Of a stretch of 64,000 nucleotides of DNA, positions 1 to 13,200 are shown piece after piece. The notes beneath the pieces are model-generated. The model worked only from the letters and a program-made list of their open reading frames with translations, ran no database searches and was not told the origin of the DNA. Source of the stretch: Eukaryota sp. TZLM1-RC. Taxonomy: Eukaryota > Protista > Metamonada: BaSk clade. Made by a program: the position numbers and the translations under genes. Location: assembly GCA_040285825.1 (NCBI GenBank), contig JAUPSS010000001.1:2480001-2544000 (forward strand), given 5' to 3'. The first letter of the stretch is position 1; each line of letters begins with the position of its first letter.

Positions 1-99
1 AAATTTTAACCTGCTTCAACGTTGATTATTGTTGCTCTGTTACAATTTTTCCGTTCTCAAAAAGTTAAAATACACATGCATATGAGTTAGTGAGAGGAT

Positions 100-658
100 A
101 TACATGCAACTCACCTAATCATACCAATGACCATTCAACCAATCATACCAATGACTACTGAAATGACCATAGCACGGACTTTAACACCACAATTGTTATA
201 TTAATTGTCCCAAAATGGACTTTAAAGATTTGACCAACGATTGTAATAAACAACCATTGGTCAATATACGAAACTAGGAACTTCATATGAGCCTCAGTAA
301 ATCGTATCAAAAACGATACTCTTACACTTACAGCAATGGTTTTATTAGTTTGCAACATTCAATTGCATACTTTTTGATTTCTTTACTATTTTTACAATTT
401 AATGTTTAAAAATTAATAAACTCAATTAATTCAAATATATACAAAATCAATTGCAAACGTAATCATGAGTTTGTACTGATCTAGTAACACATAGTCAACA
501 TTACTCACACACAATTTCACACAAAGTTTGATCACAAGTTGATCACATCTAGTACATAGAGACTACATGCAACTCACCAAATCATACCAATGAACATTGA
601 ACTAATTATACCAATGACTACTCAAAATACCATAGCACGGACTTTAAAACCACAATTG
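100..658. repeat. Diverged solo copy (~1.2 units) of the ~462-bp tandem repeat, same orientation as the main array
   Basis: Near-identical to the array unit from tacatgcaactcac (~100) to cacaattg (~658), with private substitutions (ccaacgattg, ttgcatac, gatctagtaac). Confidence 0.93.
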
Positions 659-679
659 AAATTGAAAACAAATTTTTTT

Positions 680-1789
680 TCAATCGATTGACTGTTTTCT
701 TGCTGGAGTGGGAATTAGTGATTTGTTGACTGCATAGACAAGGGAATGAAGAGAGATCTTGTCTGATGTGGAATCGATGTGGAATTCATTATTTTCAAAC
801 CACAGTCCTGTTGATTCTTGTTGACCATTGACTTTCTGTGACTCCGATGATGTTTTTGAATGATGTAAGGGGTGAATTGAGATTGACTCTTTATTTACGG
901 TCGAATTAGACAGTCTATGCATCCAAAGATCATCAACGTCAGGTGGCTTAGTTAGAGCGAATATATTAATGACTACTTTGGCCCCAGGAGGAATATTTGG
1001 AATATTAAAGTAGATTTCCATATATTCATCTGGAAAATAGACAATTTCATCACTTATTCGACTGATAGGATGGACAACAAAATCGTTGGGTGTCACAGAA
1101 CGATCTCCAACTAATATATAGGAAGATGCAAAAACAAACAGATTCGACTTATTAAGATCATCAGGGCCCTTAATTTTGTTTAATTTTGATAACAATTTAG
1201 ATGAAGTTTCAAAAACATTTGCAACCGCTTTGACTGACACTCGAAACGGAGCATGAATTGTCTTTGAAAGAGTATTTGAAACTTTTGAAACATTGGATTC
1301 AGAATTTGAATTTTTGTTTGAAGTGTTGTCGATGATATCACTAATCGACATATTTGAAACTTTGTAAAAAAGCTCAGAATTTTCACTTGAATTATTCATA
1401 TTAGAAGAGAAAAACGAAAACCAATGATAAAATTCTTCAATAGGAACAAAAGAAATATCCAAGATTGCAGGCTTCATAAGCAAACTATCAAAGACGGATG
1501 GGTAATGGAACAGAGGAAAATCACCAATTAAATAATCCGATTTACCGCTAATTTGAACTGCATACTGGTTCACGTCAACTTGACAATCTGGATTAGTCCG
1601 ATGAAATTTGATCCACAGTTTGTCTATCAGAGCCTTCAATGTTTCTTTGTGTTGAATTCGAACAGTTACTCTGACATTGTTTGGCAAAAGAGCACGGACC
1701 ATAAAAAAATCTGCAAGATGCTCCGAGAATTGGCAGAAGTTGGACGGAAGTGGTGGACCTTCGAGGTCAAAGGGACTAGTGTTGACCAT
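680..1789 (-). CDS. Truncated class I PI3-kinase-like N-terminal fragment (Ras-binding domain plus start of C2 domain); no kinase domain
   Basis: 369-aa ORF. YAVQISGKSDYLIGDFPLFHYPSV resembles the PI3K RBD; PFRVSVKAVANV and IPNIPPGAKVVINIFA resemble PI3K C2. The ORF stops ~20 nt before the solo repeat. Confidence 0.55.
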   Translation of the reverse strand: MVNTSPFDLEGPPLPSNFCQFSEHLADFFMVRALLPNNVRVTVRIQHKETLKALIDKLWIKFHRTNPDCQVDVNQYAVQISGKSDYLIGDFPLFHYPSVFDSLLMKPAILDISFVPIEEFYHWFSFFSSNMNNSSENSELFYKVSNMSISDIIDNTSNKNSNSESNVSKVSNTLSKTIHAPFRVSVKAVANVFETSSKLLSKLNKIKGPDDLNKSNLFVFASSYILVGDRSVTPNDFVVHPISRISDEIVYFPDEYMEIYFNIPNIPPGAKVVINIFALTKPPDVDDLWMHRLSNSTVNKESISIHPLHHSKTSSESQKVNGQQESTGLWFENNEFHIDSTSDKISLHSLVYAVNKSLIPTPARKQSID

Positions 1790-1926
1790 AAAAGACTTTT
1801 CAAAAAATTGATTCTCAGTCGAATGATGAGCTAAACTCCCAAAAAGAGGTTGGCTGTGTAATATCTAAAGTACCAAATGAAGAATGATGTTTCGTTTTTC
1901 ATCTATTTTTACCAATAAAGGTTCAG

Positions 1927-3084
1927 ATGACCTCACATGGAGATGTTTTCATAGAAGTGTCAGTGAATCCCATGCATGGTAATGATACTAATAAAAAGGA
2001 CGTGGAACCTGTAAAAGATCCAAAGATCCAAGCACGTCAAGACGCCATGGATATTGTACGTGGGCTCGCAGTATTGATGATGGTTCTTCAACATACTGTG
2101 CTCTATATGGTCGCCGAGGAGTCTTCGTGGTTGTACCGTTGGACGTTAGTAGGACCTGGGGATGTCGCAGTCATTTTTATGTTTATTCTAGGAATCAACA
2201 TGGCAGATCCAAACGGCATTACTAACAAAGCTCTTGCCCTCCGTGGACTGAAAATCTGGGTCCTTGCTGCTGCTTTGAACTTTCTTAGAGCATCAGCACC
2301 ATTTTATGTAGCTTGCAAATTGAGGGACTTTTGTGTTGGTTTTACGTACCTAGAAATGTTTCTGCGGCTTGACATTTATCATTTTGTCGGAGGTTTCCTT
2401 TTGTTTGTGGCTCTTATGCGTTCCCTAGAAATGACTCAGCTAGCACAGTTGGTTGTTACGTGTATTTTGTGGCTTGTTTTCTCTCTTTTCGACGGTACTC
2501 CACCTAATGACTACACTGGTATTTTCGGTTATTACGTAATTGGCACAAAGGCATTTGCAAACTTTCCTTTCCGTAACTGGCTTATATTCCCCATGGTCGG
2601 TGTTTTTCTCGGTAACTACTGGAGACCCTACAAAAAAGAAGATTTCGACATGAAAAAAATTCTGTATGTTTGTCTTGGAGTTTGGGCTGTCTTATTCACG
2701 GCCATGATCATTTTCTATCCTGATATTGATCATTATGGTAATTACGACGACAGTAACTACTTGCAGCAAACTCCTCTAACCAACGTCTTCTTTTTGTGTC
2801 AAAACATTATCATATTGGTTGCTGTGGAATTCATTGTTTCCAAGGGTTGGGTATGGCAACCTTTCTTCAAGTTTATCAAATTCTGGAGTAGAAACATTAT
2901 GGCAATTTTTGTTGTTCAATGGATTTTGATTACATGGATTTCTCTAGTAATTGTCGGAGGATTCGATAAAGCTGAATCCATTTGGGAGAGCTATCTCTCT
3001 ATGATTGTTGCTGTTGTTCTTACTGATAGTGTTGTTCGTTATATCCCTGGCATCAGCAAGGGTTTAAAGAAATTAGTAAAGTGA
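1927..3084 (+). CDS. Polytopic membrane acyltransferase, HGSNAT catalytic / DUF1624 (acyltransferase-3 clan) family
   Basis: 385 aa, about 10 hydrophobic helices, N-terminal motif RQDAMDIVRGLAVLMMVLQH (R..xD.xRG.A...M...H), later FPFRNWLIFPMVG. Confidence 0.75.
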   Translation: MTSHGDVFIEVSVNPMHGNDTNKKDVEPVKDPKIQARQDAMDIVRGLAVLMMVLQHTVLYMVAEESSWLYRWTLVGPGDVAVIFMFILGINMADPNGITNKALALRGLKIWVLAAALNFLRASAPFYVACKLRDFCVGFTYLEMFLRLDIYHFVGGFLLFVALMRSLEMTQLAQLVVTCILWLVFSLFDGTPPNDYTGIFGYYVIGTKAFANFPFRNWLIFPMVGVFLGNYWRPYKKEDFDMKKILYVCLGVWAVLFTAMIIFYPDIDHYGNYDDSNYLQQTPLTNVFFLCQNIIILVAVEFIVSKGWVWQPFFKFIKFWSRNIMAIFVVQWILITWISLVIVGGFDKAESIWESYLSMIVAVVLTDSVVRYIPGISKGLKKLVK

Positions 3085-3622
3085 CACGATTCTTTGTAGG
3101 TGTAAAGCAAGTTTTTGTTTAAGGTTCATGTAATTAATGGCTTGTTCATGGTCATTATAATTGATACCCACGATGTGTGGGCAGATTTTATTAGTTTCTT
3201 TTTATTATCTTTTTCAAGCTAAGTGAGATTTTATTAGTTTAAAAAATCCTATACATTCTAGGAACAAAAAATACATTGTGGGCTGGATTGGAAGCAAAGA
3301 TGTATAAAAGAAAGGTTTGAAAAAGGGTTAATAAACATAGATCTGGTTTTTAATTCGAAGAGGTTCAACAACAGTCAGCCATATTACCAACTATTTGCAG
3401 TCAAGGGTTCATTTTCTAAATAGAATTTGAATTATATTGAATAACAATGCAAAATAACTGATGGGTGCCAATGGGTTACCTTGTTTTATTGAATAAAGAT
3501 TTTGAGTGTAATTATGAAACAAATTAAACTCTTGGTTTACCACAAATTTCATTAATTAATTATTTATTTTTTTGTTTAGTAGAAGAAACGCGATAACACA
3601 GCAAACATTTCTTTGAACAGTT

Positions 3623-3668
3623 TGAAAACAGAACTGTTTTCAGTCAATCGATTGTTTTCGATTGACTG
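3623..3668. repeat. Two adjacent inverted repeats (tgaaaacag-aa-ctgttttca; cagtcaatcga-ttgttt-tcgattgactg)
   Basis: Stems read directly from the sequence; a related motif occurs at 663-699. Confidence 0.75.
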
Positions 3669-3905
3669 TTAAAATTGTTGTTTGTAGAGGATAGGTTTTT
3701 TTGTTTTTTTAATGACAGTGTAATCAATTGAATCAAAAATTGAAATTTTATGTTCTTAGTGTTATTGATTTCTTTTTTTTCTTTAAAGAAGTACATCTCA
3801 TTAGCTCAAATTCCAAGCAATAATTTTTTTTACAAATTTTTTTTAATTGACAAGGGAAAATACAAAAGAGATTCAAATACATGAAGAAATTATCCAAAAA
3901 CACAT

Positions 3906-4187
3906 TCACCTACTCCTTCTTTTCTTGACCGGAGTAGTTGATTCCTTTACAGTCTTCTTCAAGTCATCTTCTTGAAAGTTCTGCACTGCAACTTCCACCA
4001 ACTTCTTGTTGGACTCCACAAGCGAGCTCAAGCGTTCACAATCTGCCTCAATACTCCTCTTCAATTCTTCGTACCTATTTTCGAGACGATCAAACGCAGC
4101 TTTTTGATGAGAAAGTGCTTCTTGATGGTGTGTGATATCTGGAACACTATCAATAGTGAGTTCTGATTGAGTCAATTTTTTTGCCAC
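3906..4187 (-). CDS. Small hypothetical coiled-coil protein with basic C-terminus
   Basis: 93-aa ORF with heptad-like E/K/L pattern, ending PVKKRRSR. Track start is GTG; an ATG near 4204 is one base out of frame across an A-run. Confidence 0.45.
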   Translation of the reverse strand: MAKKLTQSELTIDSVPDITHHQEALSHQKAAFDRLENRYEELKRSIEADCERLSSLVESNKKLVEVAVQNFQEDDLKKTVKESTTPVKKRRSR

Positions 4188-4234
4188 AATCGATTTTTTC
4201 GCATTATTCGTTCTTTTTGCCGCCGGTGTAACGT

Positions 4235-7200
4235 AATTGTATACTTTTTGATTTTTTACTATTTTTACAATTTAATGTTTAAAAATTAATAAACTCAATT
4301 AATTCAAATATATACAAAATCAATTGAAAATGTAATCATGAGTTTGTACTGATCAAGTAACACATAGCCAACATTACTCACACACAATTTCACACAAAGT
4401 TTGATCACAAGTTGATCACATCTAGTACATAAGGACTACATCATGCAACTCACCAAATCACCAATGACCATTCAACAAATCATACCAATGACTACTCAAA
4501 TGACCATAGCACGGACTTTAACACCACAATTGTTATATTAATTGTCCCAAAATGGACTTTAAAGATTTGACCAATGATTGTAATAAACAACCATTGGTCA
4601 ATATACGAAACTAGGAACTTCATATGAGCCTCAGTAAATCGTATCAAAAACGATACTCTTACACTTACAGCAATGGTTTTATTAGTTTGCAACATTCAAT
4701 TGTATACTTTTTCATTTTTTACTATTTTTACAATTTAATGTTTAAAAATTAATAAACTCAATTAATTCAAATATATACAAAATCAATTGAAAATGTAATC
4801 ATGAGTTTGTACTGATCAAGTAACACATAGCCAACATTACTCACACACAATTTCACACAAAGTTTGATCACAAGTTGATCACATCTAGTACATAAGGACT
4901 ACATCTTGCAACTCATTAAATCACCAATGACCATTCAACAAATCATACCAATGACTACTCAAATGACCATAGCACGGACTTTAACACCACAATTGTTATA
5001 TTAATTGTCCCAAAATGGACTTTAAAGATTTGACCAATGATTGTAATAAACAACCATTGGTCAATATACGAAACTAGGAACTTCATATGAGCCTCAGTAA
5101 ATCGTATCAAAAACGATACTCTTACACTTACAGCAATGGTTTTATTAGTTTGCAACATTCAATTGTATACTTTTTGATTTTTTACTATTTTTACAATTTA
5201 ATGTTTAAAAATTAATAAACTCAATTAATTCAAATATATACAAAATCAATTGAAAATGTAATCATGAGTTTGTACTGATCAAGTAACACATAGCCAACAT
5301 TACTCACACACAATTTCACACAAAGTTTGATCACAAGTTGATCACATCTAGTACATAAGGACTACATCATGCAACTCACCAAATCACCAATGACCATTCA
5401 ACAAATCATACCAATGACTACTCAAATGACCATAGCACGGACTTTAACACCACAATTGTTATATTAATTGTCCCAAAATGGACTTTAAAGATTTGACCAA
5501 TGATTGTAATAAACAACCATTGGTCAATATACGAAACTAGGAACTTCATATGAGCCTCAGTAAATCGTATCAAAAACGATACTCTTACACTTACAGCAAT
5601 GGTTTTATTAGTTTGCAACATTCAATTGTATACTTTTTCATTTTTTACTATTTTTACAATTTAATGTTTAAAAATTAATAAACTCAATTAATTCAAATAT
5701 ATACAAAATCAATTGAAAATGTAATCATGAGTTTGTACTGATCAAGTAACACATAGCCAACATTACTCACACACATTTTCACACAAAGTTTGATCACAAG
5801 TTGATCACATCTAGTACATAAGGACTACATGCAACTCACCAAATCACACCAATGACCATTCAACCAATCAAACCAATGACTACTCAAATGACCATAGCAC
5901 GGACTTTAACACCACAATTGTTATATTAATTGTCCCAAAATGGACTTTAAAGATTTGACCAATGATTGTAATAAACAACCATTGGTCAATATACGAAACT
6001 AGGAACTTCATATGAGCCTCAGTAAATCGTATCAAAAACGATACTCTTACACTTACAGCAATGGTTTTATTAGTTTGCAACATTCAATTGTATACTTTTT
6101 CATTTTTTACTATTTTTGCAATTTAATGTTTAAAAATTAATAAACTCAATTAATTCAAATATATACAAAATCAATTGAAAATGTAATCATGAGTTTGTAC
6201 TGATCAAGTAACACATAGCCAACATTACTCACACACAATTTCACACAAAGTTTGATCACAAGTTGATCACATCTAGTACATAAGGACTACATCATGCAAC
6301 TCACCAAATCACCAATGACCATTCAACAAATCATACCAATGACTACTCAAATGACCATAGCACGGACTTTAACACCACAATTGTTATATTAATTGTCCCA
6401 AAATGGACTTTAAAGATTTGACCAATGATTGTAATAAACAAGCATTGGTCAATATACGAAACTAGGAACTTCATATGAGCCTCAGTAAATCGTATCAAAA
6501 ACGATACTCTTACACTTACAGCAATGGTTTTATTAGTTTGCAACATTCAATTGTATACTTTTTCATTTTTTACTATTTTTACAATTTAATGTTTAAAAAT
6601 TAATAAACTCAATTAATTCAAATATATACAAAATCAATTGAAAATGTAATCATGAGTTTGTACTGATCAAGTAACACATAGCCAACATTACTCACACACA
6701 ATTTCACACAAAGTTTGATCACAAGTTGATCACATCTAGTACATAAGGACTACATCATGCAACTCACCAAATCACCAATGACCATTCAACAAATCATACC
6801 AATGACTACTCAAATGACCATAGCACGGACTTTAACACCACAATTGTTATATTAATTGTCCCAAAATGGACTTTAAAGATTTGACCAATGATTGTAATAA
6901 ACAAGCATTGGTCGATATACGAAACTAGGAACTTCATATGAGCCTCAGTAAATCGTATCAAAAACGATACTCTTACACTTACAGCAATGGTTTTATTAGT
7001 TTGCAACATTCAATTGTATACTTTTTGATTTTTTACTATTTTTACAATTTAATGTTTAAAAATTAATAAACTCAATTAATTCAAATATATACAAAATCAA
7101 TTGAAAATGTAATCATGAGTTTGTACTGATCAAGTAACACATAGCCAACATTACTCACACACAATTTCACACAAAGTTTGATCACAAGTTGATCACATCT

Positions 7201-10200
7201 AGTACATAAGGACTACATCATGCAACTCACCAAATCACCAATGACCATTCAACCAATCATACCAATGACTACTCAAATGACCATAGCACGGACTTTAACA
7301 CCACAATTGTTATATTAATTGTCCCAAAATGGACTTTAAAGATTTGACCAATGATTGTAATAAACAACCATTGGTCAATATACGAAACTAGGAACTTCAT
7401 ATGAGCCTCAGTAAATCGTATCAAAAACGATACTCTTACACTTACAGCAATGGTTTTATTAGTTTGCAACATTCAATTGTATACTTTTTGATTTTTTACT
7501 ATTTTTACAATTTAATGTTTAAAAATTAATAAACTCAATTAATTCAAATATATACAAAATCAATTGAAAATGTAATCATGAGTTTGTACTGATCAAGTAA
7601 CACATAGCCAACATTACTCACACACAATTTCACACAAAGTTTGATCACAAGTTGATCACATCTAGTACATAAGGACTACATGCAACTCACCTAATCATAC
7701 CAATGACCATTCAACCAATCAAACCAATGACTACTCAAATGACCATAGCACGGACTTTAACACCACAATTGTTATATTAATTGTCCCAAAATGGACTTTA
7801 AAGATTTGACCAATGATTGTAATAAACAACCATTGGTCAATATACGAAACTAGGAACTTCATATGAGCCTCAGTAAATCGTATCAAAAACGATACTCTTA
7901 CACTTACAGCAATTGTTTTATTAGTTTGCAACATTCAATTGTATACTTTTTGATTTTTTACTATTTTTGCAATTTAATGTTTAAAAATTAATAAACTCAA
8001 TTAATTCAAATATATACAAAATCAATTGAAAATGTAATCATGAGTTTGTACTGATCAAGTAACACATAGCCAACATTACTCACACACAATTTCACACAAA
8101 GTTTGATCACAAGTTGATCACATCTAGTACATAAGGACTACATCATGCAACTCACCAAATCACCAATGACCATTCAACCAATCATACCAATGACTACTCA
8201 AATGACCATAGCACGGACTTTAACACCACAATTGTTATATTAATTGTCCCAAAATGGACTTTAAAGATTTGACCAATGATTGTAATAAACAACCATTGGT
8301 CAATATACGAAACTAGGAACTTCATATGAGCCTCAGTAAATCGTATCAAAAACGATACTCTTACACTTACAGCAATTGTTTTATTAGTTTGCAACATTCA
8401 ATTGTATACTTTTGATTTTTTACTATTTTTTACAATTTAATGTTTAAAAATTAATAAACTCAATTAATTCAAATATATACAAAATCAATTTGAAAATGTA
8501 ATCATGAGTTTGTACTGATCAAGTAACACATAGCCAACATTACTCACACACAATTTCACACAAAGTTTGATCACAAGTTGATCACATCTAGTACATAAGG
8601 ACTACATCATGCAACTCACCAAATCACCAATGACCATTCAACCAATCATACCAATGACTACTCAAATGACCATAGCACGGACTTTAACACCACAATTGTT
8701 ATATTAATTGTCCCAAAATGGACTTTAAAGATTTGACCAATGATTGTAATAAACAACCATTGGTCAATATACGAAACTAGGAACTTCATATGAGCCTCAG
8801 TAAATCGTATCAAAAACGATACTCTTACACTTACAGCAATGGTTTTATTAGTTTGCAACATTCAATTGTATACTTTTTGATTTTTACTTTTTACAATTTA
8901 ATGTTTAAAAATTAATAAACTCAATTAATTCAAATATATACAAAATCAATTGAAAATGTAATCATGAGTTTGTACTGATCAAGTAACACATAGCCAACAT
9001 TACTCACACACAATTTCACACAAAGTTTGATCACAAGTTGATCACATCTAGTACATAAGGACTACATGCAACTCACCAAATCACCAATGACCATTCAACC
9101 AAATCATACCAATGACTACTCAAATGACCATAGCACGGACTTTAACACCACAATTGTTATATTAATTGTCCCAAAATGGACTTTAAAGATTTGACCAATG
9201 ATTGTAATAAACAACCATTGGTCAATATACGAAACTAGGAACTTCATATGAGCCTCAGTAAATCGTATCAAAAACGATACTCTTACACTTACAGCAATTG
9301 TTTTATTAGTTTGCAACATTCAATTGTATACTTTTTGATTTTTTACTTTTTTTACAATTTAATGTTTAAAAATTAATACACTCAATTAATTCAAATATAT
9401 ACAAAATCATTTGAAAATGTAATCATGAGTTTGTACTGATCAAGTAACACATAGCCAACATTACTCACACACAATTTCACACAAAGTTTGATCACAAGTT
9501 GATCACATCTAGTACATAAGGACTACATGCAACTCACCAAATCACACCAATGACCATTCAACCAATCATACCAATGACTACTCAAATGACCATAGCACGG
9601 ACTTTAACACCACAATTGTTATATTAATTGTCCCAAAATGGACTTTAAAGATTTGACCAATGATTGTAATAAACAACCATTGGTCAATATACGAAACTAG
9701 GAACTTCATATGAGCCTCAGTAAATCGTATCAAAAACGATACTCTTACACTTACAGCAATTGGTTTTATTAGTTTGCAACATTCAATTGTATACTTTTGA
9801 TTTTTTACTTTTTTACAATTTAATGTTTAAAAATTAATACACTCAATTAATTCAAATATATACAAAATCATTTGAAAATGTAATCATGAGTTTGTACTGA
9901 TCAAGTAACACATAGCCAACATTACTCACACACAATTTCACACAAAGTTTGATCACAAGTTGATCACATCTAGTACATAAGGACTACATGCAACTCACCA
10001 AATCACCAATGACCATTCAACCAAATCATACCAATGACTACTCAAATGACCATAGCACGGACTTTAACACCACAATTGTTATATTAATTGTCCCAAAATG
10101 GACTTTAAAGATTTGACCAATGATTGTAATAAACAACCATTGGTCAATATACGAAACTAGGAACTTCATATGAGCCTCAGTAAATCGTATCAAAAACGAT

Positions 10201-13200
10201 ACTCTTACACTTACAGCAATGGTTTTATTAGTTTGCAACATTCAATTGTATACTTTTTGATTTTTTACTTTTTACAATTTAATGTTTAAAAATTAATACA
10301 CTCAATTAATTCAAATATATACAAAATCATTTGAAAATGTAATCATGAGTTTGTACTGATCAAGTAACACATAGCCAACATTACTCACACACAATTTCAC
10401 ACAAAGTTTGATCACAAGTTGATCACATCTAGTACATAAGGACTACATGCAACTCACCAAATCACCAATGACCATTCAACCAATCATACCAATGACTACT
10501 CAAATGACCATAGCACGGACTTTAACACCACAATTGTTATATTAATTGTCCCAAAATGGACTTTAAAGATTTGACCAATGATTGTAATAAACAACCATTG
10601 GTCAATATACGAAACTAGGAACTTCATATGAGCCTCAGTAAATCGTATCAAAACGATACTCTTACACTTACAGCAATTGTTTTATTAGTTTGCAACATTC
10701 AATTGTATACTTTTTGATTTTTTACTATTTTTACAATTTAATGTTTAAAAATTAATAAACTCAATTAATTCAAATATATACAAAATCAATTGAAAATGTA
10801 ATCATGAGTTTGTACTGATCAAGTAACACATAGCCAACATTACTCACACACAATTTCACACAAAGTTTGATCACAAGTTGATCACATCTAGTACATAAGG
10901 ACTACATGCAACTCACCAAATCACCAATGACCATTCAACCAATCATACCAATGACTACTCAAATGACCATAGCACGGACTTTAACACCACAATTGTTATA
11001 TTAATTGTCCCAAAATGGACTTTAAAGATTTGACCAATGATTGTAATAAACAACCATTGGTCAATATACGAAACTAGGAACTTCATATGAGCCTCAGTAA
11101 ATCGTATCAAAAACGATACTCTTACACTTACAGCAATGGTTTTATTAGTTTGCAACATTCAATTGTATACTTTTTGATTTTTTACTATTTTTACAATTTA
11201 ATGTTTAAAAATTAATAAACTCAATTAATTCAAATATATACAAAATCAATTGAAAATGTAATCATGAGTTTGTACTGATCAAGTAACACATAGCCAACAT
11301 TACTCACACACAATTTCACACAAAGTTTGATCACAAGTTGATCACATCTAGTACATAAGGACTACATGCAACTCACCAAATCACCAATGACCATTCAACC
11401 AATCATACCAATGACTACTCAAATGACCATAGCACGGACTTTAACACCACAATTGTTATATTAATTGTCCCAAAATGGACTTTAAAGATTTGACCAATGA
11501 TTGTAATAAACAACCATTGGTCAATATACGAAACTAGGAACTTCATATGAGCCTCAGTAAATCGTATCAAAAACGATACTCTTACACTTACAGCAATGGT
11601 TTTATTAGTTTGCAACATTCAATTGTATACTTTTGATTTTTTACTATTTTTACAATTTAATGTTTAAAAATTAATAAACTCAATTAATTCAAATATATAC
11701 AAAATCAATTGAAAATGTAATCATGAGTTTGTACTGATCAAGTAACACATAGCCAACATTACTCACACACAATTTCACACAAAGTTTGATCACAAGTTGA
11801 TCACATCTAGTACATAAGGACTACATCATGCAACTCACCAAATCACCAATGACCATTCAACCAATCATACCAATGACTACTCAAATGACCATAGCACGGA
11901 CTTTAACACCACAATTGTTATATTAATTGTCCCAAAATGGACTTTAAAGATTTGACCAATGATTGTAATAAACAACCATTGGTCAATATACGAAACTAGG
12001 AACTTCATATGAGCCTCAGTAAATCGTATCAAAACGATACTCTTACACTTACAGCAATGGTTTTATTAGTTTGCAACATTCAATTGTATACTTTTTGATT
12101 TTTTACTATTTTTACAATTTAATGTTTAAAAATTAATAAACTCAATTAATTCAAATATATACAAAATCAATTGAAAATGTAATCATGAGTTTGTACTGAT
12201 CAAGTAACACATAGCCAACATTACTCACACACAATTTCACACAAAGTTTGATCACAAGTTGATCACATCTAGTACATAAGGACTACATCATGCAACTCAC
12301 CAAATCACCAATGACCATTCAACCAATCATACCAATGACTACTCAAATGACCATAGCACGGACTTTAACACCACAATTGTTATATTAATTGTCCCAAAAT
12401 GGACTTTAAAGATTTGACCAATGATTGTAATAAACAACCATTGGTCAATATACGAAACTAGGAACTTCATATGAGCCTCAGTAAATCGTATCAAAACGAT
12501 ACTCTTACACTTACAGCAATGGTTTTATTAGTTTGCAACATTCAATTGTATACTTTTTGATTTTTTACTATTTTTACAATTTAATGTTTAAAAATTAATA
12601 AACTCAATTAATTCAAATATATACAAAATCAATTGAAAATGTAATCATGAGTTTGTACTGATCAAGTAACACATAGCCAACATTACTCACACACAATTTC
12701 ACACAAAGTTTGATCACAAGTTGATCACATCTAGTACATAAGGACTACATCATGCAACTCACCAAATCACCAATGACCATTCAACCAATCATACCAATGA
12801 CTACTCAAATGACCATAGCACGGACTTTAACACCACAATTGTTATATTAATTGTCCCAAAATGGACTTTAAAGATTTGACCAATGATTGTAATAAACAAC
12901 CATTGGTCAATATACGAAACTAGGAACTTCATATGAGCCTCAGTAAATCGTATCAAAACGATACTCTTACACTTACAGCAATGGTTTTATTAGTTTGCAA
13001 CATTCAATTGTATACTTTTGATTTTTTACTATTTTTACAATTTAATGTTTAAAAATTAATAAACTCAATTAATTCAAATATATACAAAATCAATTGAAAA
13101 TGTAATCATGAGTTTGTACTGATCACATAGCCAACATTACTCACACACAATTTCACACAAACTTTGATCACAAGTTGATCACATCTAGTACATAAGGACT

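Noticed and set aside
4235-4700. Unit as 5S rRNA, tRNA, U1 or U2 gene
   Set aside because: ACTTAC and GATCAC (U1-like) and AAGTGTA..GTATC (U2-like) words occur but in the wrong order or spacing; no 5S or tRNA internal boxes.
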